Part shown: one piece after another, positions 7,250-14,980 of the stretch
Position numbering within the stretch: the first letter of the stretch is position 1
How the letters are laid out: each line of letters opens with the position of its first letter
Assembly (NCBI GenBank): GCA_051656645.1
Contig: JBOGCH010000020.1
Location: forward strand, 32,501-56,500
Direction: 5' to 3'
Source of the DNA: Marinifilaceae bacterium
Lineage (GTDB): Bacteria > Bacteroidota > Bacteroidia > Bacteroidales > Marinifilaceae
DNA length: 24,000 nucleotides
Notes under the pieces: model-generated
What the model saw: only the letters and a program-made list of their open reading frames with translations
Told to the model about the DNA's origin: nothing
Databases searched by the model: none
Translations under genes and position numbers: made by a program

Positions 7250-10200
7250 TTATGCATGTTCCTTCTGGTTTGTAAATTGCTTTACATACTCCGTTGGACT
7301 TACACCAAACTGCTTAAGGAAAGCGGTAGCAAAGTAAGTAGTGGATGAAAAGCCTACGCTAAATGCTACATCCTTGATTAGACGCTGTTCCACTGTAAGC
7401 ATTGTTTGTGCTCTTTTTAAGCGCGTAATGCGGATATAGTCATTAGGAGATATTTGAATATTTGCTTTTACCTTTTTGTATAGAGTGGAGCGACTAACAC
7501 ATAATTTATCGGCAACATAGTCCATGTTGAGCGAGGTGTTGCTCAGTTCGTTATCGACTAGATTATAGAAGTTATCCATAAATCGTTGCTCATCACTTAT
7601 TTGAACGGTTGGGATATAGCTATCCTCATTCATCTTTTCATACAGTGACTTACGTTGTTCAATTTGCTGGTTTATACACGTTAACAGGTGGTTTATAGAG
7701 AAAGGTTTTGTAATGTACTCGTCTGCTCCATAGGTTATTCCCTCTAGGCGCGTCTCTGCATCCTCCTTAGCCGTGAGTAAAATGACAGGAATATTACTGT
7801 ACTCTACAGATTGTTTAATGGTGCGGCATAGTGTAAGACCATCCATTTTATCCATCATAATATCACTGACAACTGCAATAATATTTTTCTTATTTAATAG
7901 GTGCAATGCCTCAACTCCATTTGGTGCACAGATAATTTTGTAGTGCTCGGAGAGTAGTTTTGCTGTATATTCTCGTAATTGCCTATCGTCCTCAACGATG
8001 AGGATAAACTCTTCGCCTGTGACATCCTCCTCGGATATATATTCCGAGTCATTGTCATGGCATATAGGTTCAAATACGATGTCTTGATTAATAGGGACCT
8101 CTATAGTAAATCGGTTCATTCCACTTGGAGTAATGTCCATAGCAATAGTACCGTTATGCAATTCAATGAGTTGCTTTATGAGTGCTAATCCCACGCCGAA
8201 ACCTTGAGCTTTATTCGAGGTATTTGCGCGGAAAAATAGAGAGAAGAGTTTGTTTCTATCCTCAGGGTTAATTGTATCTCCATCATTTATAACCGTAATT
8301 ATAAAATGTTCTGCCGTGTGGTTTAGTTTTAAATAAATATACTTATCACAATATTTTATGGCATTATTCAGTAAGTTGCTAGTAATCTTTGCAAAAGCTT
8401 CTTTGTCTATTGCAGCAATTAGGGAATTAGGAATATCTGCCTCAAAATGGATGTTCTGAAACTCAATTTGCTTTTTAAAAGGTGTAACCCAGTCCGTAAT
8501 TTCTTTTGCAATGTCAATTTTCACAAAGGATAATTGATTGGAAATGTTTTGCTTAGCTTTAAGCATCTCGCTACAAAGATCAATTAATCGGTTTGTAATG
8601 TTTTGAATCATTGTCAAATCCTGAAGGTCCTCGTTTTTTGACGGTGTTTTGCGGATTAATTGTTCTAATGGTAATTTAATAAGAGTTAGGGGTGTACGAA
8701 TTTCATGAGCGATATTTGTGAAGAATGTCATCTTTATGTCGTACATCTCTTTCTCCTTTAGCAGTTGGAAATGCTGCATTTGTTGCATATGTTTTTGTCT
8801 AAGTTTATGCTGTTTGTAACGAATAAAGATTACAATGCAAGTAAATAGAGTTAGTGCATAGATAACAAATGCCCATATAGACTGCCATATAGGGGGCATA
8901 ATTGTAAAGTCCGTTTGAAGGATATTGCTAATTTTTCCATTTGACAAATTGCGCGCTTGTACTACAAAACTATAATTACCCGGAAGTAAATTTTGATAGG
9001 ATATTACATTATTGGATAGCGTAGTAGTGTGTAGCGGATCATGGCCCTTAAGTTGGTAACTGTATTCAATGTCATTGAGGGATGAGTAGGCTAAAGCTGT
9101 GAAGTATAAGTCAATATTATTATAATGGTATGCTAAAACAGTTTTCGATTTATTAGCCGAATAGAATGTAGTGTCGTTGTTGTTTGATTTGAATGAGATT
9201 TGTGAAAATTGTATACGTAAGTCGGTAGTGTCTCTGTGTTGTATTGGTTGTAATCGGATATAACCATTTAAAGTTCCAAAATACAATTGGCCCAAATGAT
9301 CTTTAAAGGAAGAGTTATGAAATTTATTATAAGTAAGAAAACTGTTTTTTGCCCAAAGATTTGCGATGCCATCTGTTTTGTTAAAGCATACTAATCCAAA
9401 TTCAGTCGATGCCCATATATTATTGGAGGTATCAAACTCAATTCTGTGGACGGTGTTTGAAGAGGTGTATTGACCGGAAAACTTTAAACGTTCAAATGGT
9501 TTCTCCGTACTCTCGGTATATTTACATAAACCATAATTGGTTGCTATCCATACGTTACCCTCATTATCGGCATTAATATGATTAATTGGACCACTAAATA
9601 TTGTTGTAGTATCTAGGTGATTATAAGAAAATGTAGTAACGTCATTATTCTCATTCATGTAGAATAAGTGGTTATATGTACCTCCCCATAGTCTAGCTTT
9701 ATTGTCTAGAAATAGGCATGTAATGGCACCGCTATGTAAAAGCGTAAAATTATCCTCAGTGTAGTTGTATTTATAGAGGCCTGATAGACTACCAATGTAT
9801 ATATCTTTTTCTCTTGATTTGATTGCACGAATAAAATTACTTTGAAACTCTTGATTGGTGAAAATATTGTAATTAGCAATCTTTTGTTCACTTTTGATGT
9901 CAATAACCTCAACGCCATTATCTAGAGTGCCAATCCATAGTTGATTGTCTACTGCATGTACACATTGCGTATTTGTAGCATTCAAATCATTTGCATCAGT
10001 ACCTCTTTTAATATGATGATGCAAATTATTCTCTGCGTTGTATTTATTTATTCCATCGTCTTCAGTAGCAATCCATATCTGGTTATATTTATCAATGGTA
10101 AAGTCCTTAATAACGTTTCCCTGTAAGTGTGTCTTTTTCTTTGATGGATAAACAAAATCGATTGGAAAAGCTAGGCGGGGGTGAAGACATAGTCCCTTAA

Positions 10201-11128
10201 AAAACGAACCTATCCATATACCACCTTCTGCGTCTTTAAATATGGATCGAACATTATTGTCAGGCAAATTCAACGAGTTGTCGGAATCAGTACGTATACA
10301 TTGAATTTTATTCTCATATAGGTTGTATATGTATATACCTTCGTCTGTTGCAATCCAGAATTCATTGTTGTCAACGCTCTCTTCAATATTATATATTGAA
10401 ACGTTACTTAGAATTTGTGTAGATGTTTTAGTTTGCTTATTGTGTTTCCATAGTCCTCCTCGGTCAACATAGCCTAATAATACCTCATTATCACTAATTC
10501 GATACATGTATCGGACAACCTTGGGGGTGTTATTCTCTATTTTATATGGTGTGCTCCATATGTTACGCGCTTCTTCATATACTAAACAATTATCGTGGGT
10601 ATAAAATGCCGATAATCGGCGCTTACAGGACGATATCGCATAAGTGGATTGGCTGAAAATAGTTTGTTTCTCTAATGTGGTAGTATTTAATTTGTGTATA
10701 CCATTTGCATGAGCAATCAATAGGGAGTTATTTCCTGCCGGGCGCAAATCGTAGATGGGATGAGTGCATTCATCAATATTAATACGATCAATTGTATTTG
10801 TTGAATCAGTGAGACAGTATAGAACATGATTGTTGCCTAGCATCCATAGGTTATTATTAGAGTCAAAATGCAAACGGATAATAACCGGTAATTGAGTAGT
10901 TTCAGCAAGGAGATTGTGTATGTTAATAACGTTGTTGTTGCAATATTTATATACTCCTTGTGTGCTACTGTACCAGATAAAGCCGTCGTTATCTTGAGCT
11001 ACAGCAAAAACGGTTCCATAGGCCATTTCAGATTGCTGGGCATAGGAATAGAAGATATGACTATTGTGGCCATATAAGGATGTACATGTAAAAATTATAT
11101 AGAAAATTAGATTTATATATATTTTCAT
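7250..11128 (-). CDS. Hybrid two-component system (HTCS) sensor kinase/response regulator with an AraC-type DNA-binding output
   Basis: About 1290 aa. Signal-like N-terminus MKIYINLIFYIIFTCTSLYG, a long periplasmic region with repeated two-component-regulator propeller motifs and a Y_Y_Y segment (YSYQLKG...LPGNYSFVVQARN). TM helix WAFVIYALTLFTCIVIFI, H-box FTNIAHEIRTPLTLI, HATPase motifs NLLNNAIKYC and GFGVGLALI, receiver motifs ILIVEDD, SDIMMDKMDG, LLTAK and KPF, and a C-terminal AraC HTH (GFSSTTYFATAFLKQFGVSPTEY). The ORF extends to 11185, but the Met at 11128 gives a proper signal sequence. Confidence 0.95.
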   Translation of the reverse strand: MKIYINLIFYIIFTCTSLYGHNSHIFYSYAQQSEMAYGTVFAVAQDNDGFIWYSSTQGVYKYCNNNVINIHNLLAETTQLPVIIRLHFDSNNNLWMLGNNHVLYCLTDSTNTIDRINIDECTHPIYDLRPAGNNSLLIAHANGIHKLNTTTLEKQTIFSQSTYAISSCKRRLSAFYTHDNCLVYEEARNIWSTPYKIENNTPKVVRYMYRISDNEVLLGYVDRGGLWKHNKQTKTSTQILSNVSIYNIEESVDNNEFWIATDEGIYIYNLYENKIQCIRTDSDNSLNLPDNNVRSIFKDAEGGIWIGSFFKGLCLHPRLAFPIDFVYPSKKKTHLQGNVIKDFTIDKYNQIWIATEDDGINKYNAENNLHHHIKRGTDANDLNATNTQCVHAVDNQLWIGTLDNGVEVIDIKSEQKIANYNIFTNQEFQSNFIRAIKSREKDIYIGSLSGLYKYNYTEDNFTLLHSGAITCLFLDNKARLWGGTYNHLFYMNENNDVTTFSYNHLDTTTIFSGPINHINADNEGNVWIATNYGLCKYTESTEKPFERLKFSGQYTSSNTVHRIEFDTSNNIWASTEFGLVCFNKTDGIANLWAKNSFLTYNKFHNSSFKDHLGQLYFGTLNGYIRLQPIQHRDTTDLRIQFSQISFKSNNNDTTFYSANKSKTVLAYHYNNIDLYFTALAYSSLNDIEYSYQLKGHDPLHTTTLSNNVISYQNLLPGNYSFVVQARNLSNGKISNILQTDFTIMPPIWQSIWAFVIYALTLFTCIVIFIRYKQHKLRQKHMQQMQHFQLLKEKEMYDIKMTFFTNIAHEIRTPLTLIKLPLEQLIRKTPSKNEDLQDLTMIQNITNRLIDLCSEMLKAKQNISNQLSFVKIDIAKEITDWVTPFKKQIEFQNIHFEADIPNSLIAAIDKEAFAKITSNLLNNAIKYCDKYIYLKLNHTAEHFIITVINDGDTINPEDRNKLFSLFFRANTSNKAQGFGVGLALIKQLIELHNGTIAMDITPSGMNRFTIEVPINQDIVFEPICHDNDSEYISEEDVTGEEFILIVEDDRQLREYTAKLLSEHYKIICAPNGVEALHLLNKKNIIAVVSDIMMDKMDGLTLCRTIKQSVEYSNIPVILLTAKEDAETRLEGITYGADEYITKPFSINHLLTCINQQIEQRKSLYEKMNEDSYIPTVQISDEQRFMDNFYNLVDNELSNTSLNMDYVADKLCVSRSTLYKKVKANIQISPNDYIRITRLKRAQTMLTVEQRLIKDVAFSVGFSSTTYFATAFLKQFGVSPTEYVKQFTNQKEHA

Positions 11129-11265
11129 ATTTGTGTCTAGACGGTTACTTAAGATCCTTATAATATTAATTATTAAATAATTCATATTAAATATCGTGTA
11201 AAAATAGGATTATTATGTTTAAATGTTGCTCGTAATTAAATAAAATAATATATTATTGTCATTCA

Positions 11266-11298
11266 TAATGAATTACTATTCAGCTTTAATGAAGTATT
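11266..11298 (+). promoter_or_regulatory. Candidate operator: direct repeat TAATGAAnTAnT twice with 21-bp register in the HTCS/target divergent intergenic region
   Basis: TAATGAATTACT (11266-11277) and TAATGAAGTATT (11287-11298) match at 10 of 12 positions with starts 21 bp apart. The first overlaps the 13-bp palindrome ATTCATAATGAAT (11261-11273). AraC-type domains typically bind direct repeats in about 21-bp register. The AT-rich background makes a chance match plausible. Confidence 0.3.
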
Positions 11299-11338
11299 GT
11301 GTGTATAAAGTAAATGTGATAAATAAATTTAAGCTAAA

Positions 11339-14300
11339 ATGAGAATCTTACTATTTATTCTTACATCTATCTTATTGTCCCCATCTGTTTTTGCACAGGT
11401 TAAGGGAATGGAGAGGATAGATATGTACCATCGTTTGAGATGGGTTAATGTGGAAGCATTAGAATTAGCTCTTAATGATCTTAAGGGGAACAACAAGTTT
11501 AACTACGCTAAAGCGCATAAGGACTTTACGTATATTAAAAATAACTTGGAGAGAGTGCGTAAACAATTGTATACTGCAGACAGTGTTGCGGTGTATCCGG
11601 ATGCAATTAATATTTTGGACAAACAACGTTCAATTTTAATGGCTAACCCTGCTCTAGACATGGATAAGATTGTAGTAACTCGTTTTGGTCTAGGTAAAGC
11701 AGCTCGTATCGCTATGGCAAATAAAATGTGTATGCCATTTGCCAACTATGTTGGATTAATGGATACGCCGGCAACCGGATATGATGCGGAGCTATGCGAA
11801 TTGTCTAATTTGAGAGCACCAAAGGCAAATAGACGTACCATCTACAAACCAACCATGGGTGAGGGGATTGCTGATGTTCAAATGCACTGGGATGCCGATC
11901 GTTTAATCTTTGCTTCTGCACAGCACAAGGTTCTAGATGCATTTAACAATAACCAAGACTATCCTTTATGGCGCATTTTTGAGGTAAATATGGATGGTAG
12001 CGACTTAAAAGTTATATCGGACTTTAATGAACCCGATTTGGAGTTCGCGGATCCATGTTATTTACCTGACGGACGTATACTTTTTACAACAAATATTGGT
12101 TATAATGGTATCCCATGTGAGCATGGAGAGCGTATCATTATGAACTTGGCATTATATGATCCTAAAACGAAGAATATGCGCAAAATTACGTTCGATCAGG
12201 ATGGAAACTGGTCGCCAACCGTATTAAGCAATGGTCGCATAATGTACACTCGTTGGGAGTACACGGATTTAACACACTATTTTTCTCGTATCGTAATGCA
12301 CTCAAATCCTGATGGAACAGAGTGTAAAGCACTATATGGTAGCGGTTCATTTTGGCCTACTAGTGTATACGATATGCAACAAATTCCCGGATCAAATAAT
12401 CAATTTGTAGGGATTGTGTCAGGACACCACGGTACACCTCGTTCAGGACGCTTAGTTGTATTTGATCCTGCAAAGAGTAGAAAAGAAGCCGAAGGTGTTG
12501 TACAGGAAATACCTTACCGCAACCGCAAAGTTGAGCCGGTAATTAAGGATAGATTAGTGGATGGTGTATTTCCACAATTTTCTCGTCCATTCCCTCTAAA
12601 CGATAAATATTTCGTTGTGACAGGTAAACTACATAGAGATGGTCTTTGGGGTGTATACTTGGTAGATATCTACGATAACGTTACTCTATTACATGAAACT
12701 GAGGATTACGGATATATTACACCAATTCCAGTTGCTAAACGTCCAACTCCACCGGTAATACCTGATAGAGTAGACCTAAGCAAGAAGGATGCAACGGTGT
12801 TTATTCAGGACCTACATGTAGGCGAAGGATTACATAATGTGCCAAAAGGTGTTGTAAAAAAACTACGTATCTTTAGTTATGAGTACGCATATATGAAATC
12901 ACCGTCGGACTTTGATGCATTAGGTGTACAAAGTGGATGGGATTTAAAACGCGAATTGGGAACTGTGGATGTTGAAGAAGATGGATCGGTATTATTCACC
13001 GTGCCTGCTAACACTCCAATCTCATTACAACCTTTAGATGAGGACGGAAATGCAATTCAATGGATGCGTAGCTGGTTTACAGCAATGCCGGGTGAAGTTG
13101 TTTCGTGTGTAGGTTGCCATGAGGATCAAAACATAATTCCTATACCCAAACGTACCATTGCGGCTAACAAAGCGCCTAAATCAATAATTGCTCCAAAAGG
13201 AGGTGTCCGTCCATTCTCTTATGAGTTGGAAGTACAGCCTGTGTTGGACAAATATTGTATAAGCTGTCACAATGGCGAAAACGGAATGACAGATTTGTCA
13301 GGACGTGAAAAAACTAAATATTATCGTTGGGGAAATTATACATCCCACCGACAAATGAATAATAGCTATTTTACGCTACATCCTTACGTATATCGCCAAG
13401 GTCCGGAAGCGGATATGTATGTACTAGAGCCATATGAATACCATGCTTCAAACAGTGAGCTTATTCAGATGATTACTAAAGGACATCATAATGTATCTCT
13501 TGAAAAAGAGGATATGCAAAAGCTTTGTCAATGGATAGATTTTAATGCTCCGTACTTTGGTGATTTCGAGATTGCCGGACGTTACAAAGGTGTGTTTGAA
13601 CAATACCCTCGTCGTATGCAATTAATGCAGCGCTATGCTAATGTGTCAACCGATTGGAAAGGTGAGTTACATAGATATGCACAGTTCCTAAAAGAACAAG
13701 GACCTGTAGCTCCTGTTAAGCCTAAGGCGGTTTCTGCTAATAAAAATAAAAATACGAAAGCTGATAAGTGGAGTTTTGATGCTGAAAAAGCAAGACAAAT
13801 GCAAAAGACTACATCTACACAACCTGAGCGTTCTATAGAGGTAGCTCCTGGAATGCACATGCAACTTGTATGGGTACCGGAAGGTAAATATACTCGCGTA
13901 CAAGAAGGAACTGGAAAAACTTTTGACGAACATATCAAAAAAGGTTTCTGGATGGGTAAAATGGAGGTGACTAACGCACAGTATCAAGCATTAGTACCTG
14001 AGCATGACAGCCGTTACATTGGTCAGCAATGGAAAGACCATACCACACCGGGATACGTTGCAAATGAACCGTTACAGCCTGTAATCCGCGTAACATGGCA
14101 GGATGCAATGAAATATTGCCAAACGCTAAGTGAAAAAACAGGATTAAAGGTAACTCTTCCAACAGAGGAGCAATGGGAGTGGGCTTGTAGAGCAGGTAGT
14201 GCAAGTGATATGTGGTATGGAAAAGATACTGTAAACTACTCGAAACTTGAAAATCTAGCCGATTTTACAATCAAGGATCTTGCAGTATATGGTTTAGAGC

Positions 14301-14626
14301 CAACCGTACCAATGCCTAATAATTTCTTCTGTCGTGAATTCTGGGATTTCGTTCCGCGTGACCGATTCTCTGACGATGCTAGCATTATTAGTACTACAGT
14401 AGGAAAATATCTGCCAAATGCTTGGGGATTACACGATATGCACGGTAACGTAGCGGAGTGGACAAACTCAGAATGTACACACTTAGAGAACCACAACGGT
14501 CAAAAAGTGGTATGTGGTGGATCATGGCGCGATCGCGCATCTAAAGCAAATGCTAACGCTCGTCGCTACTTCCATCCATGGCAAGCAGCGTTCAATGTTG
14601 GTTTCCGCGTTGTTTTATCTGATTGA
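11339..14626 (+). CDS. Secreted multidomain protein: beta-propeller-like (PD40/TolB-like) region, HzsA-middle-domain-like segment with two CXXCH motifs, and a C-terminal FGE/SUMF1-like domain
   Basis: 1095 aa. Signal peptide MRILLFILTSILLSPSVFAQ. Repeated DG-R/K-I-hydrophobic strand patterns (DADRLIFAS, PDGRILFTT, SNGRIMYTRWEY). CVGCH is at nt 13106-13120 and CISCH at nt 13256-13270. FGE-family motifs appear from about nt 13838: MQLVWVPEG, LPTEEQWEWACRAGS, WGLHDMHGNVAEWT, GGSWRD and FNVGFRVV. Confidence 0.85.
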   Translation: MRILLFILTSILLSPSVFAQVKGMERIDMYHRLRWVNVEALELALNDLKGNNKFNYAKAHKDFTYIKNNLERVRKQLYTADSVAVYPDAINILDKQRSILMANPALDMDKIVVTRFGLGKAARIAMANKMCMPFANYVGLMDTPATGYDAELCELSNLRAPKANRRTIYKPTMGEGIADVQMHWDADRLIFASAQHKVLDAFNNNQDYPLWRIFEVNMDGSDLKVISDFNEPDLEFADPCYLPDGRILFTTNIGYNGIPCEHGERIIMNLALYDPKTKNMRKITFDQDGNWSPTVLSNGRIMYTRWEYTDLTHYFSRIVMHSNPDGTECKALYGSGSFWPTSVYDMQQIPGSNNQFVGIVSGHHGTPRSGRLVVFDPAKSRKEAEGVVQEIPYRNRKVEPVIKDRLVDGVFPQFSRPFPLNDKYFVVTGKLHRDGLWGVYLVDIYDNVTLLHETEDYGYITPIPVAKRPTPPVIPDRVDLSKKDATVFIQDLHVGEGLHNVPKGVVKKLRIFSYEYAYMKSPSDFDALGVQSGWDLKRELGTVDVEEDGSVLFTVPANTPISLQPLDEDGNAIQWMRSWFTAMPGEVVSCVGCHEDQNIIPIPKRTIAANKAPKSIIAPKGGVRPFSYELEVQPVLDKYCISCHNGENGMTDLSGREKTKYYRWGNYTSHRQMNNSYFTLHPYVYRQGPEADMYVLEPYEYHASNSELIQMITKGHHNVSLEKEDMQKLCQWIDFNAPYFGDFEIAGRYKGVFEQYPRRMQLMQRYANVSTDWKGELHRYAQFLKEQGPVAPVKPKAVSANKNKNTKADKWSFDAEKARQMQKTTSTQPERSIEVAPGMHMQLVWVPEGKYTRVQEGTGKTFDEHIKKGFWMGKMEVTNAQYQALVPEHDSRYIGQQWKDHTTPGYVANEPLQPVIRVTWQDAMKYCQTLSEKTGLKVTLPTEEQWEWACRAGSASDMWYGKDTVNYSKLENLADFTIKDLAVYGLEPTVPMPNNFFCREFWDFVPRDRFSDDASIISTTVGKYLPNAWGLHDMHGNVAEWTNSECTHLENHNGQKVVCGGSWRDRASKANANARRYFHPWQAAFNVGFRVVLSD

Positions 14627-14649
14627 TAAATATATAAGGCTATTTTTTT

Positions 14650-14680
14650 AAAGGGGATATCTTCGGATATCCCTTTTTTC
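14650..14680 (+). terminator. Rho-independent terminator after the 1095-aa gene
   Basis: AAAGGGGATATC (14650-14661), loop TTCG, then GATATCCCTTTT followed by TTTTC. The stem has one G-bulge or G:U pair. Confidence 0.8.
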
Positions 14681-14835
14681 GTTCAATTAAATTGTTCTCA
14701 AATGCTGAGAAGGATGTAAATTAATAGCAATATCTCCTTTCTGTTAACGATTATCGTATCCTGGTTTCGTTGTATGTAATTCAACAGCAATGTATGGTGG
14801 GGTATAGGCCAACAATTAGTACATCAACATTAAGT

Positions 14836-14873
14836 TTATTGGTAATATTTTGCATGTAAAATATTACCAATAA
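14836..14873. terminator. AT-rich 16-bp perfect hairpin in the convergent intergenic region
   Basis: TTATTGGTAATATTTT (14836-14851) pairs with AAAATATTACCAATAA (14858-14873) around a 6-nt loop, GCATGT. It directly abuts the next hairpin. Confidence 0.5.
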
Positions 14874-14913
14874 TAAAATAGGTGTGTATCGCAAGATACA
14901 CACCTATTTTATT
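14872..14913 (-). terminator. Strong terminator hairpin downstream of the alpha-galactosidase gene (19-bp perfect stem, GCAA loop)
   Basis: AATAAAATAGGTGTGTATC (14872-14890), loop GCAA, then GATACACACCTATTTTATT (14895-14913). A/T runs at both ends allow function on either strand. It lies 68 nt downstream of the minus-strand stop at 14981. Confidence 0.8.
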
Positions 14914-14980
14914 ATTGAGTGTTATATAGAATATTATTTGTTAATAGCTCAACGCGATTAGATGATGTCTCACTATTGCA

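Noticed and set aside
11129-11185. The upstream 19 codons of the HTCS ORF (MNYLIINIIRILSNRLDTN).
   Set aside because: The downstream Met (MKIYINLIFYIIFTCTSLYG) gives a normal signal or TM start. The extension is AT-rich promoter-like sequence. The true start remains uncertain.
6696-11745. Embedded or antisense ORFs at 6696-6878, 7979-8188, 9706-9918, 9941-10126, 10892-11077 and 11503-11745.
   Set aside because: These are shadow ORFs within rimM, the HTCS gene and the 1095-aa gene, with no independent coding signal.
14680-14836. Short matches between this spacer and elements A and B (TGTAAATTAA, GTTGTATGTAA, TGGTGGGGT) suggested a third element copy.
   Set aside because: The matches are 10-11-mers in AT-rich DNA with inconsistent order and orientation. 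I could not distinguish them from chance without a proper alignment.
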